This document shows positions 9,388-18,769 of a DNA stretch of 64,000 nucleotides, in pieces. Within the stretch, counting starts at the first letter, position 1; every line of letters starts with the position of its first letter. Made by a program: the position numbers and the translations under genes. This DNA is from an uncultured Actinomycetota bacterium (lineage in GTDB: Bacteria > Actinomycetota > Acidimicrobiia > Acidimicrobiales > Bog-793), in the NCBI GenBank assembly GCA_963758515.1, contig CAVWVO010000004.1, positions 1,513 to 65,512 on the forward strand, written 5' to 3'. A model generated the notes under the pieces. It was not told where the DNA came from and did not search any database. It was given only the letters and a program-made list of their open reading frames with translations.

Positions 9388-10362
9388 TTACTTGAGGGAC
9401 TTGACAGCTCCCGCTTGCCGGACGTCGTACCCTCCAAGTTCGAGGATTGACGAACGAACGGCGGGGTCTCGAAGCGTGTCGATGAGCGGTCCGGCGCCGG
9501 CCAGCGACTCCCCACTGAGCACGACGTCGTACTGCTCCCACACGAGCGGGACGAATTCGAGTGCTAGAGCAGCGGCGGCTGCCCGGACCCCAAGCCCGGC
9601 GTCCGCCACTCCGGATGCAACGGCGAGCGCAACCTCAAGGTGTGAGTCGGCTTCTGGCCCCGCCACCAGGTGAGGAGCGATTCCTGCGTCATCGAGCATC
9701 CGGTCGAGCAGGACACGAGTGCCGGCACCGAACTCACGCTTTGCGACGCGAAGGTTGGCGAGGTCCTTCGCTGTCTTGATCCGGCGAGGGTTCCCAGGAG
9801 GCACGAGCAGCCCCTGTTCCCGGCGCCATAAATGGATCAGGGTCGGCTCGCGTCCGCGGAGCAGCGCTTGGGCAAAGGGGGCGTTGTACGTGCCCGAGTG
9901 GTGCAGCAGATGGATCGCCGCTCCGTCAGCACTTCCGCGCCAGAGAGCCGTCAGGCCCTGGAAGCTGCCACGAGTCCCGACAGCCACGACCGAGCGACCG
10001 GCGCGACGCAGCACGAGGTCGAGCGCCGGGTCGTCGCTTCCTGCAAGTCGGAACACCTGCTCAGTCCCGAGCAGGCGTTTGGCGGCGATGAGGCCGTCCG
10101 GAGCGATCGACGCGCGGCGACGCTCGCCGAGGGTTATGACGCCGGCTTGAGCGAGGTGGCGGTACGCCCGACTGATCGTCGAGGGTGTGGTCCCGCGCTC
10201 GTCAGCGAGGGCCCGCACGCTTAAGAGCTCACTGCCGGCGGCCAGCTCGCCAGACTGGACTTGGCGGGCGATGTCGGAGCTGACGTCGAGGTAGCGCGTC
10301 ACTCGGGGGGACTTTACGCCCTTCGACGTGGTCGCCTCGGGGCCTGACCACCCGTTGCCCAC
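9388..10362 (-). CDS. HTH regulator with a C-terminal periplasmic-binding-protein-like (molybdate-binding type) domain
   Basis: GntR-like HTH LLSVRALADERGTTPSTISRAYRHLAQAGVI followed by about 220 aa of PBP-like domain. Divergent from the ABC transporter. Exact start uncertain. Confidence 0.75.
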   Translation of the reverse strand: MGNGWSGPEATTSKGVKSPRVTRYLDVSSDIARQVQSGELAAGSELLSVRALADERGTTPSTISRAYRHLAQAGVITLGERRRASIAPDGLIAAKRLLGTEQVFRLAGSDDPALDLVLRRAGRSVVAVGTRGSFQGLTALWRGSADGAAIHLLHHSGTYNAPFAQALLRGREPTLIHLWRREQGLLVPPGNPRRIKTAKDLANLRVAKREFGAGTRVLLDRMLDDAGIAPHLVAGPEADSHLEVALAVASGVADAGLGVRAAAAALALEFVPLVWEQYDVVLSGESLAGAGPLIDTLRDPAVRSSILELGGYDVRQAGAVKSLK

Positions 10363-10412
10363 ATCGCTAGGATACGCGCCGATCTGGACTACTACAGAAG
10401 GAGGCGCAGAGG

Positions 10413-11427
10413 GTGCGCACAGCAGGACATCGTCTCGTATCGGGGGTTGTTGGCCTGCTCGCGGGGGCTATGGCGATCGCCAGCTGCGGATCGACGACCG
10501 CAACTCCAAGCAGTACTTCGAGCGGATCACGTCTGTCAGGCACGCTCATCGTGTTCGGAGCAGGGACCCTCTCACAGCCTTTTGCTCAAGAGATCGCAGC
10601 CTTCAAACAAGCGAACCCGGCCGTGACGGTGCGCTCGCAGTTCGGCGCCAGCGGCAACATGACAAAGGACATCACCCAGCTGAAGGAGCCCGACGACGTG
10701 CTCGGCGTCGCCGACTACTCCCTCATCCCCTCGGAGATGTTCGGTACGGGATCAAAGCGTTTCGCGACCTGGTACATCGGCTTTGTCCGAAACGAGATCA
10801 CATTCGCCTACACGAGCCACAGCAAAGGCGCCGCCCAACTGACCTCGAAGAACTGGTACAAGATCCTTGCTGAGCCGGGCGTGCATATCGGACGTTCGAC
10901 CCCGGCGGCAGATCCCTCGGGTTACCAGATCCTGCAGATGCTGAAGCTCGCCGGGGGCTACTACCACGATCCCTCGCTTTCGGCTGACGTCCTGAAGAAC
11001 TCTCCGAAAGCGAGCGTCGCCGCCGAAGAGACCGCCTTGACCGCCGCTCTCCAGACAGGCCAGATCGACTACCTCGCCATCTACCGGTCAAGCGCCCTGG
11101 AGGACCACTTCGAGTACATCCACCTGCCCGACCAGATCAACCTGTCGAACCCCGCCTTCGCGAAGACGTACGCCGACCGTCACGGTGCAAGGCCCCACAG
11201 GGCCGACGACGGGCAAACCGATCGTCTATGCCCTCACCATCCCGACCAATGCTCCGAACCCGGCACTGGCCCGCAGCTTCGTCGCCTTCGTGCTCAGTTC
11301 GAAGGGGCAGGCGATCATGTCCTCGAATGGGTTCGTGACGATCTCCCCGGCGCTCGCGAGCAGCAAGAGCGCGCTTCCGTCTGCTCTGCGCTCCCTCACG
11401 GTGGCCTGGCCGAACCTCGCGGGATGA
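10413..11427 (+). pseudogene. Tungstate/molybdate-type ABC substrate-binding lipoprotein, +1 frameshift near 11178
   Basis: Signal plus lipobox (LAGAMAIASCGS) and a PBP fold. The frame changes at GCC GAC c GTC ACG GTG, and the C-terminal 80 aa (VQGPTGPTTGKPIVYALTIP...) continue in the frame of ORF 11185-11427. Confidence 0.75.
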
Positions 11428-12260
11428 TTGCCGCACGGCAGACCAGCCGTCGGCCCGCGTGGCCGTTCGGTGCCTTTCAGGCCCTCATGTGGGTGCTCGG
11501 AGGGCTGCTAATCGCATTCATCTTGGTGCCTGTCGTGCGGCTCGCGACGACGTCGTCTCTCGGAAGTCTCACTCATGCTGCCGAGAACGCCCAGATCCGC
11601 GACGCCATCCAGCTCAGCCTGCAGGATGCCGCCATCACCGCCGCCATCGCGACTGTCGTCGGTGTACCGCTCGCCTACGTCCTTGCCCGGAGGCGCTTTC
11701 GGGGCCGGAACCTCGTGCAGGCGATAGTCGACCTCCCCCTTGCTGTGCCGCACACCGTCGCCGGCATTGCCCTGCTCTTCGTCTTCGGGCGGACCGGTTG
11801 GGTCGGGGGACCGGCCGGTCACATCGGGATCTCCTTCTACGGCTCGCAGTGGGGGATCGTGGCGGCCATGCTGTTCGTGAGCGCCCCCTTTGCCGTCAAC
11901 AGCGCGAGAGTGGCACTCGAAGCAATCGATCCCAACATCGAGCGAGCTGCTCGAAGCCTCGGGGCCAGTCCTTCCTTCAGCTTTCGCCACGTCACCTTGC
12001 CGCTTGCCGCCCGTGGCGTGATGACCGGGGCGGTCCTCGTCTATGCGCGCTCGATCAGCGAGTTCGGCGCCGTCGTGATCCTCGCCTTCTACCCGGTGAC
12101 TGCTCCGGTGGAGGTCTACAACCTGTTCCTGCAGTCTGGGCTCGCCGAGTCGGCATCAGCGGCGGTGCTCTTGTTGTTCGTGTCTCTTGCCACCTTCCTC
12201 GTGCTCCGCACGCTCTCCTCGGGATGGCTGTTCGCCGGCGCTGACCGTGAGCGTGCCTGA
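11424..12260 (+). CDS. ABC transporter permease (molybdate/tungstate/sulfate type)
   Basis: ATGA start/stop overlap with the binding-protein gene. EAA-like loop IERAARSLGASPSFSFRHVTLPLA. Six TM-like segments. Confidence 0.85.
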   Translation: MIAARQTSRRPAWPFGAFQALMWVLGGLLIAFILVPVVRLATTSSLGSLTHAAENAQIRDAIQLSLQDAAITAAIATVVGVPLAYVLARRRFRGRNLVQAIVDLPLAVPHTVAGIALLFVFGRTGWVGGPAGHIGISFYGSQWGIVAAMLFVSAPFAVNSARVALEAIDPNIERAARSLGASPSFSFRHVTLPLAARGVMTGAVLVYARSISEFGAVVILAFYPVTAPVEVYNLFLQSGLAESASAAVLLLFVSLATFLVLRTLSSGWLFAGADRERA

Positions 12261-13299
12261 CAGCGGGCTGCTCATACGCGGCCTCACCACGCGCGCTGGC
12301 TCGTTCGAGCTAAAGGACATCGACCTCGAGGTCGCCGCCGACAGGGTGCTCGTCGTCCTCGGTCCCTCCGGTGCCGGCAAGACGATGCTGCTCCACACGA
12401 TCGCCGGCTTTCGCCAAGCTGCTGGTGGAGAGGTCTATCTGAACGGCCGTGAGCTCAACAGGCTGGAACCAGAGCAGCGGAGGATCGGCTTCGTATTTCA
12501 AGACGCCGCCTTGTTCCCCCACCTCTCGGCTCGTGAGAACGTCGCCTTCGGGCTTCATGCCAGGGGACATTCCCGACCGGGCCGGGTGGAGGAGCTGATG
12601 AATCGCTTCGGCGTCAGTGCCCTTGCTGAGCGGTCTCCCCGCTCGTTGAGTGGCGGAGAGCGCCAGCGTGTCGCTCTCGCACGTGCGCTTGCTTTCGAAC
12701 CCGATCTGCTTCTGCTCGACGAGCCGCTCTCGGCCCTGGACCAGCCCACCCGAGAAGAGCTCCGGGCGGTCATTCAGGACCTCGTTTCTGGGCTCGGGAT
12801 CCCGGTGATCCATGTCACCCACGACCGTGACGAGGCCTTCAGCCTGGCAGACGATCTCGCAGTTATCGTCGCCGGGACACTTCGCCAGAGCGGTGAGGCC
12901 GACCGGGTTGCCGCTGCGCCCTCCGACGCCGTGGTCGCCCGACTGCTCGGCTGGGCGGAGTTGGGCAGCGTCCAGGCCATCGGCGGGAAGCTCGTCATCG
13001 GAGACCTCTCACTCGACGCCGGTGACCACAGTGGAGCCGTGCATGTCTTCTATCGCCCGGAGGACGTGCGGCTCGCGCCATTCGACAGCAGCAGCAGTGC
13101 ATCCGCCACTTTCACCGCTCCGGTTCTGCGGATCACTCGAACCTTCCCACTTGCGGGCGTGCTGCTCGGTTCGGAACCGCCGATCACTGCGCTCCTGCTC
13201 CGTCGTGAGATCGACCGCCTCGACCTCGAGGTCGGCCGGGACGTCCAGGTGACGATTCCACCCGATGCTCTGTGCATCCTCCGAGCGGTCCAGGATTGA
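12247..13299 (+). CDS. ABC transporter ATP-binding protein with a C-terminal TOBE-like extension
   Basis: Walker A GPSGAGKT, signature LSGGERQRV, Walker B LLLLDEP. The in-frame GTG at 12247 overlaps the permease stop. Confidence 0.85.
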   Translation: MSVPDSGLLIRGLTTRAGSFELKDIDLEVAADRVLVVLGPSGAGKTMLLHTIAGFRQAAGGEVYLNGRELNRLEPEQRRIGFVFQDAALFPHLSARENVAFGLHARGHSRPGRVEELMNRFGVSALAERSPRSLSGGERQRVALARALAFEPDLLLLDEPLSALDQPTREELRAVIQDLVSGLGIPVIHVTHDRDEAFSLADDLAVIVAGTLRQSGEADRVAAAPSDAVVARLLGWAELGSVQAIGGKLVIGDLSLDAGDHSGAVHVFYRPEDVRLAPFDSSSSASATFTAPVLRITRTFPLAGVLLGSEPPITALLLRREIDRLDLEVGRDVQVTIPPDALCILRAVQD

Positions 13300-13380
13300 C
13301 TACCGGCAGGTGGTTGTGTCTATCCGGGCTGTACTTGTCGCAAGCAGTACTTGGTACTACCTCGTTGCTAACGTGACTCG

Positions 13381-14172
13381 GTGCTGGCTGGTGCCTGGCT
13401 ATATATAGTCGCCCTTGCGGCGTCGTTCATGATCGCCACATTGGCCGCACCTGCCGGCGTTTCGGGGGCCGTGCTGTTGTTGCCGTTTCAGGTGAGCGTT
13501 CTCGGAACTCCGAGCCCGGCAGTAACACCGACGAACCTGCTTTACAACGTCGTTGCCACGCCAGGGGCCCTTTACCGGTACTGGCGCCAGGGCCAGACCG
13601 GCGGCGAGCTCACTCGGCTCCTTGTTCTCGGCACGCTTCCCGGCGTCGTTGCCGGCTCGATCATCCGCGTCGAGTTCCTACCTGGAACCCGGCCGTTCGA
13701 GGTGGTGATCGCAGTGGTCATGGTGCCACTCGGTGGCTCGCTGCTTACCCGTAGGCGTCTCCGAGGCAACGCCGTCCCTACGAAAAGCTGGCTTTCGCCC
13801 ACCCGCCTCGCGATGGCAGCCGCCGCGGTCGGTTGTATCGGGGGGATCTACGGGATAGGCGGCGGTTCACTACTCGCTCCTCTTCTGATCCGCTCGGGGC
13901 GGCCGCCGTCAGAGGTGGCTCCGGCGACACTTGCCTCGACCTTGGTGACCTCGATCGCCGGCGTGGCCACGTTTCTCGTTCTCTCCACTCACCACCGTGG
14001 GTCAGTGGCCCCTGACTGGACTATCGGCATCGCTCTCGGAGCCGGCGGTCTGGCGGGCGGATACCTCGGAGCTCGACTGCAACCGCGTCTTCCCGAGATG
14101 GCGATCCGACGCCTCCTCGGGGTCCTCGTCATCGCCGTTGGAGTTAGGTATGGCTGGCTGGCTGCGCCATAG
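13381..14172 (+). CDS. TSUP (TauE/SafE) family anion exporter
   Basis: 263-aa polytopic ORF with two internally similar halves: GVSGAVLLLPF... and GIYGIGGGSLLAPLLI. Confidence 0.85.
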   Translation: MLAGAWLYIVALAASFMIATLAAPAGVSGAVLLLPFQVSVLGTPSPAVTPTNLLYNVVATPGALYRYWRQGQTGGELTRLLVLGTLPGVVAGSIIRVEFLPGTRPFEVVIAVVMVPLGGSLLTRRRLRGNAVPTKSWLSPTRLAMAAAAVGCIGGIYGIGGGSLLAPLLIRSGRPPSEVAPATLASTLVTSIAGVATFLVLSTHHRGSVAPDWTIGIALGAGGLAGGYLGARLQPRLPEMAIRRLLGVLVIAVGVRYGWLAAP

Positions 14173-14239
14173 TCCGAGGTTGCTTGCGGAAGGGCGGGCA
14201 GATAGTCGTCTCGATGACGTCGGTCTCGCCCTGGCCACC

Positions 14240-14610
14240 GCGGCACAGACACGGCGACGCTGGAGCTACGTCAACGTGTTGGGTATCAAAGTTGGGTATC
14301 AACAGCCGCCTACTCACGCCAATGCGAGGCAGCGTGACAGACAGAAGCCCCAGTTCAAGCGGTTGTCGGCCGCCTGAAGCAACCCCCAGACAACCTGGAG
14401 AGGCTTTGCAAGCCGGGGGTCGCCGGTTCGAGCCCGGTCAGCTCCACTAAAGCCCCTGGTCAGAGGCCACTTATTGTTGGCTGTATAGTGACAAATACGG
14501 TGTTGGGATCAATCTGGGTGTCAACCAGGCGAGTTAGGCGCCGCACGGTGCAGCGCACGAAGCGGGAGCGACTGCCCCTGAACGGCACTTCGGGGCACCT
14601 CTGGGGCGCG
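14240..14610 (+). mobile_element. attP-like module A: paired 11-mers, conserved block, tRNA-Ala(UGC)-like 3' 45 nt, second 11-mer pair, integrase N-terminal remnant
   Basis: TTGGGTATCAA at 14279 and 14292. Core GGCTTTGCAAGCCGGGGGTCGCCGGTTCGAGCCCGGTCAGCTCCA at 14402-14446. TTGGGATCAA and TGGGTGTCAA at 14503 and 14515. Remnant ..RRRTVQRTKRE.. from about 14535. Confidence 0.6.
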
Positions 14611-15536
14611 CGGTGACCACCGCGTTATCGGCCACCGATCCAAGCGCAACGTCGAGAAGTTGCTCTGAGGTTTGAACGTCGCCGCTAAATTCCCGCCCGA
14701 ATCAGCCGCCGGTCATGGCTGCCTCTTCGGCGGTCTCGGAGCGGCTTTGGCTAATGACGAACCGACACTGCTCTCGCCAGGCACCTCACCCGCTCGGCGC
14801 CGGGGTCGACTGCTAGCCGCGCGCGCACGGAGGGCGTAGAGCGCTGATGCGGACCGTCGGGGCGGAACCCGAAAGTGAATCACCAGAAGGACCATCCCTA
14901 CTTTCGCCCTACTCTGTATGGCGGGCAGGCTGATCGCTCGGCCCTGCCCGGCGTGGGTGCTGTCACGAACACCCAGGTTTGATTCCGGCGCAGGCACCGC
15001 CGGAACAAGGGTGATTCCAAGGACTCAGCTTTGGGAAGGGTCGTCAGGCGTACGACGGAGTACCAGCGCTAACCATTATGTTATCTGCACGCCGTCGAAC
15101 GGTCATGAACGGCAGCGTCCGCGGGATATTCGCGGGATGCGACTTCCGCCGCTGTATAACGGCTTCAGGGCCTTCTCGTCGCAGTTTCGTCCGAGCCACG
15201 TCTGCAGGCCGAAGTGCCAGCTACGACACTTGGTTTGACGTCCAAGCTAACGCCCGCCGCGACCGATGCGACTGGCCGGAGGAGTACGTCCGGGGGAGCC
15301 GTCTAGCTGAGTCGCGCTCGGGATGGACGACCTCGGTCGATTTGTACAACGCCAGCCCTCGCGAGCGGCGCGGCAGCGCATCCTGCTGTGGCTCTATCGG
15401 CGAGCCGCTTCAGCTGGGCTTCGAGGGTGCTGATTTTACTCGACGAGAGTCGGTCGGAGCAGGAAAACCACTTTCAATGAGCGGCCTCGTGGCGTCGTGA
15501 CAGGATCGAGACCTCATGCCGTTGCTCTGGTCGGCT

Positions 15537-18005
15537 CTATACGTAGCCTCGCTTCTGCAAGACTTGCCAGGATATCCATCCTGGAACGATCGGCAGCCAG
15601 TAGGTGGACAGCCTGTAAACGAGTACAGCCGCGACGGCAGGCCCGGCGTGCATACCAACGCCGGTCAAGCCGGCGACCAAGGCCGCCTCGATCGCGCCGA
15701 GACCGCCCGGGGTAGGTGAGGCGGCAGCAATGGCAGCGGCACCCAGGTAGACCGCTCCGATCTCTTCGATCCCGACCCCGCCGCCGAATGCCTGGATCGA
15801 GGCCGCGAGGCCTGCGATGTACGCAAGAGTCACCAACGCAGAGCCGCCCACCAAAAGCGCCAGCTTGACAGGGCTGGCTGCGACAGTTCGCAGGCTGTCG
15901 GCACCCGATCTCAGGGCCGGCAGCACCCGGGTTGCTCCGAAGCTCCTACCCCGACTCGTGGCGAGCAACATTCCGACCAGTGCGGCTGCAACAGCGAGAA
16001 TGAGCAGCAGCTTGCTGGCTGCCGGCAGCTTGAAGGCGTGCGTCAGCCCACGGCTCGCCAATGTGAAGAAGATCACCATGAGGATCAAGTGAGCCACAAG
16101 TCCCACGAGCGCATTGACACCAACCGCGGCGATACCGGCACCGGGTGGGACACCCCTCTTTTGCAGGAATCGTGCGTTCAGCGCCATTCCGCCGATGTTG
16201 GCGGGCGAGACCCGGTTGACGAACGAGGATGCGGTCTGCGTCAGGGTCATGGGCCAGAACGGTATGGGTCCCGGCACGGCACCAATCAGCGCCACCGAAC
16301 TCGCAAGGTACGTCAAGGCGGATGCGGCGAGGATGACCGGCACCCAAATCCAGTGCGCCGACTGCAATGCCTGCCAGCTGCTTCCTACGTGGGCCAGCTG
16401 CGGCAGGATGAAATAGAAGGCACCGGCAGCGGCGGCGATTGCGAGCAGGTTCTTGAGCCGGACCCGCTGAAGCCGGGCCAACGGCTGATCACCGAGTCCA
16501 CCGGCCGCGGTGGCGGCTGCCCTGGTTTCCGCGAGCAGGCCATCGTTCCTCCCGATCGCCTGACGCGTGGCTGCCGACAGAGCCAGCGGCTGCAGCAACG
16601 GAACTGCGAGCGCCAGAGCTTCGGCGCCGACTACCGCCGCAGCGCTGGACACAGCTCTTTCCGCGCCGACCATCGTGGCCAACGACGCCAGTAGCTCGGC
16701 TATGTCAAGGTCCTTCTGTCGCCGGCTGGCGACCAGTTCCGAAAAACTGAAGTCGGTCAACCAAGGCACAAGGTCGCCGTCGACCATCACATTGGCCGCC
16801 CGCAGGGAGCGATGAGCGATCCCGGCGCGGTGCAGGCTGTCCACTTCGGTCCACAGCTGTCGGAGAAGGTCATCGCTGATCGCCTGCGAGGACAATTCGG
16901 CGAGCGAGGTGCCATCTATCCGCTCCATTACAAGCAGCGCCGTCCCCTCGCGGGCTTTGATAATCCGTTCGACATTGGGGACACGGACGCCGGCTCGCTC
17001 GGCTGACATGCCAACGAGGGCCTGGTGCTCGACCGCGCGAATCACCGCGGCGGAAGGCCATGTGTTGTCGACGTTGCGCAGCCGGACGAACCGATATGCC
17101 CGGTAGAGCAGGTCCGCATCACGTTGGTCCGAGCCGAGAGCCTTTATGAACAACCGGCGCCCGTCAGCGGCGACGGCCACGAACGGCCGGGAGCCTTTCG
17201 TATGAATATCGGCCGACTCGACGATGACGGTTGGAAGACCCGCGGACCGAAGCGCCTCCGCGATCCCGACCGGACCGATCCGAAGGTCAGGCACGCCGAA
17301 TGCCACCAGAACACCGGCGCCCACGCTCACCCCGACTGCGAGCGCGAGAAGCAGTTCGGCCGGCAGCACAGTGCCGGTAATGAGCCGGATCCCTACCATC
17401 GTGCTCACCGTTAGCCATGCCGTCCGGCGCCACGGACGGCACAGCCATGGCGCGAGGGCGACAGTGATCGCCGCCGCCGCGGCAAGCAGCGGCGGGTCTG
17501 GAAACCAGGCGCCGATCAGCCACGAGCCGTGTCCTGTGGTCAAGGCCAATGCGTGCGGGTGCTTATCGCCGAACAGATACAAGATTCCTGACAGCGCCGC
17601 ACCGGCTGCAACAGCGCCGGCCGTCAGGCCGGCCAGGAGACGGAACCGGCGGTGGAGGAGGACGCCGGCGACGATCCCCGCGGCAGCGACGACGAATGCA
17701 ACTTGCACAAGACCAATCAACAGCCTTCCAGTCGAATCAGATCCGAGCCAGGACACGGTGCGCGCGCCGTTCCTGACGAGCTGACCGGGGGCCACCGCGA
17801 TTGCCGCGAGTGTGCCGATTAGAACCAGTCCGCTTACGATGAGCCGGATGACATCGCCCGGATGCCGGTAACGGGACGACGGGACAAGCTGAAACGCCTG
17901 GGTTCTGACTAGATCTGCCGTGTCGGGCCCCGAGTCATCGGTCATCGTGAGCTCGCCTTCAGGAGGGATCTTCGCGTCACGCTGGGTCTGGTCCGTGCTG
18001 GTCAT
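15537..18005 (-). CDS. Polytopic membrane protein with a central kinase-like domain (catalytic Asp position is Ser) and a C-terminal MprF-type flippase-like (LPG_synthase_TM/UPF0104) domain
   Basis: Intact 822-aa ORF. The start ATG at 18005 overlaps the PAP2 stop (ATGA). Kinase-like loop GIAHRSLRAANVMV and LTDFSF. C-terminal SPTPGGLGAIEAALVAGL motif typical of the flippase-like TM region. Confidence 0.8.
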   Translation of the reverse strand: MTSTDQTQRDAKIPPEGELTMTDDSGPDTADLVRTQAFQLVPSSRYRHPGDVIRLIVSGLVLIGTLAAIAVAPGQLVRNGARTVSWLGSDSTGRLLIGLVQVAFVVAAAGIVAGVLLHRRFRLLAGLTAGAVAAGAALSGILYLFGDKHPHALALTTGHGSWLIGAWFPDPPLLAAAAAITVALAPWLCRPWRRTAWLTVSTMVGIRLITGTVLPAELLLALAVGVSVGAGVLVAFGVPDLRIGPVGIAEALRSAGLPTVIVESADIHTKGSRPFVAVAADGRRLFIKALGSDQRDADLLYRAYRFVRLRNVDNTWPSAAVIRAVEHQALVGMSAERAGVRVPNVERIIKAREGTALLVMERIDGTSLAELSSQAISDDLLRQLWTEVDSLHRAGIAHRSLRAANVMVDGDLVPWLTDFSFSELVASRRQKDLDIAELLASLATMVGAERAVSSAAAVVGAEALALAVPLLQPLALSAATRQAIGRNDGLLAETRAAATAAGGLGDQPLARLQRVRLKNLLAIAAAAGAFYFILPQLAHVGSSWQALQSAHWIWVPVILAASALTYLASSVALIGAVPGPIPFWPMTLTQTASSFVNRVSPANIGGMALNARFLQKRGVPPGAGIAAVGVNALVGLVAHLILMVIFFTLASRGLTHAFKLPAASKLLLILAVAAALVGMLLATSRGRSFGATRVLPALRSGADSLRTVAASPVKLALLVGGSALVTLAYIAGLAASIQAFGGGVGIEEIGAVYLGAAAIAAASPTPGGLGAIEAALVAGLTGVGMHAGPAVAAVLVYRLSTYWLPIVPGWISWQVLQKRGYV

Positions 18006-18769
18006 CTTCGGGCCCCCGTAACTCGATTGGGAAGGACGCGCAGGCTCGGGCCGCGACGGGCCAGGTGTCTCCTGTCGTTCCATCGCCGCTGAAGCAGTTC
18101 GGTTACAAGGGCGGTCACCAAGGCGCAGGACGTGCCGAGGAGAATCCCGGCAGTGGCGTCAGAGAGCCAGTGGGCAGCTAGGTAGGCTCTGGAGAGCCCC
18201 ATCAAGATCGCGAACGTCACCGCGACCGCGCCCCAAAGAGCGCGCCGCCTACCCGCGGGCACCAAGGCGATGACAGCCGCGACGACAGTTACCGAGGCGG
18301 CGACGGCGTGTCCCGACGGGAACGACCCACCGCTCGTCGCAACGAGGGAACCGAACGGTCTCGGCCGGTCATAGACGTCTTTCAGCGAGCCGATGAGGAG
18401 CTCCGACGTCACCACCGCCGCGGTGAAGGCGGCCAGGTGCCACCACCGGCGCTTCAGGGCCAGGAAGCCGGCCATCGCTATCCGCACGGGCAGGGTGACG
18501 TAAACAAGCCCGAGAACGTTGAAGACCTTTGCGATTCCCGTCAGCGGCGCTGTCCGGCCGGAGACCATAAGGCGCAGCCACCAATTGTCGATGTGCTGAA
18601 TCCTGGCCAGCGTGCCATGGACAGCGACCAGGACGAACAGCATGGCCGTGAGCGTGACTACCACGGCGGTAACGAGAGCGGCTCGCCGCGGGCTGGCGAG
18701 GAGCGCTTCCTCCTTCCACGGGGTCGTGGCCGGCCCGCTTAGCCCGGACATGAGGCGCCTCGTCCGCAC
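18002..18769 (-). CDS. PAP2-family phosphatase (membrane)
   Basis: KDVYDRPRP, SFPSGHAV and SRAYLAAHWLSD are the three canonical PAP2 motifs. Start is the GTG at 18769 or the ATG at 18751. Confidence 0.85.
   Translation of the reverse strand: MRTRRLMSGLSGPATTPWKEEALLASPRRAALVTAVVVTLTAMLFVLVAVHGTLARIQHIDNWWLRLMVSGRTAPLTGIAKVFNVLGLVYVTLPVRIAMAGFLALKRRWWHLAAFTAAVVTSELLIGSLKDVYDRPRPFGSLVATSGGSFPSGHAVAASVTVVAAVIALVPAGRRRALWGAVAVTFAILMGLSRAYLAAHWLSDATAGILLGTSCALVTALVTELLQRRWNDRRHLARRGPSLRVLPNRVTGARR

Noticed and set aside
10413-12260. A single 615-aa fused binding-protein/permease polypeptide.
   Set aside because: The middle ~80 aa are nonsense. The true binding-protein C-terminus is in the frame of 11185-11427, and the permease has its own ATG at 11424 in an ATGA overlap.
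13997-14377. ORFs reading ..LGIKVGYQQPPTH.. (also 38496-38678 and the frame through 46999-47060) as real proteins or integrase C-termini.
   Set aside because: The conserved element is the DNA 11-mer pair with 13-bp spacing, so the two copies fall in different codon phases. In-frame stops lie just upstream in copies B, C and D. No integrase catalytic region precedes any copy.
14375-14446. A functional tRNA-Ala(UGC) gene here, with the equivalent stretches at 38592-38663 and 38714-38785.
   Set aside because: A cloverleaf can be sketched (CTCC/GGAG D-like stem, CGGC/GCCG anticodon stem, good T arm). However, the 5' acceptor strand pairs at only about 4 of 7 positions, the D loop lacks the GG pair, and the anticodon stem is short. 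Only the 3' 45 nt look tRNA-like, which fits an att identity block.
14240-14450. The 3' end of a tmRNA (ssrA) gene, because ..GGTTCGAGCCCGGTCAGCTCCA resembles tmRNA termini.
   Set aside because: There is no GGGGCTGA-type 5' end and no tag-peptide reading frame within about 400 nt upstream, which is the TSUP coding region. The TTTGCAA anticodon-loop context points to tRNA-Ala instead. The sequence also occurs 4-5 times.
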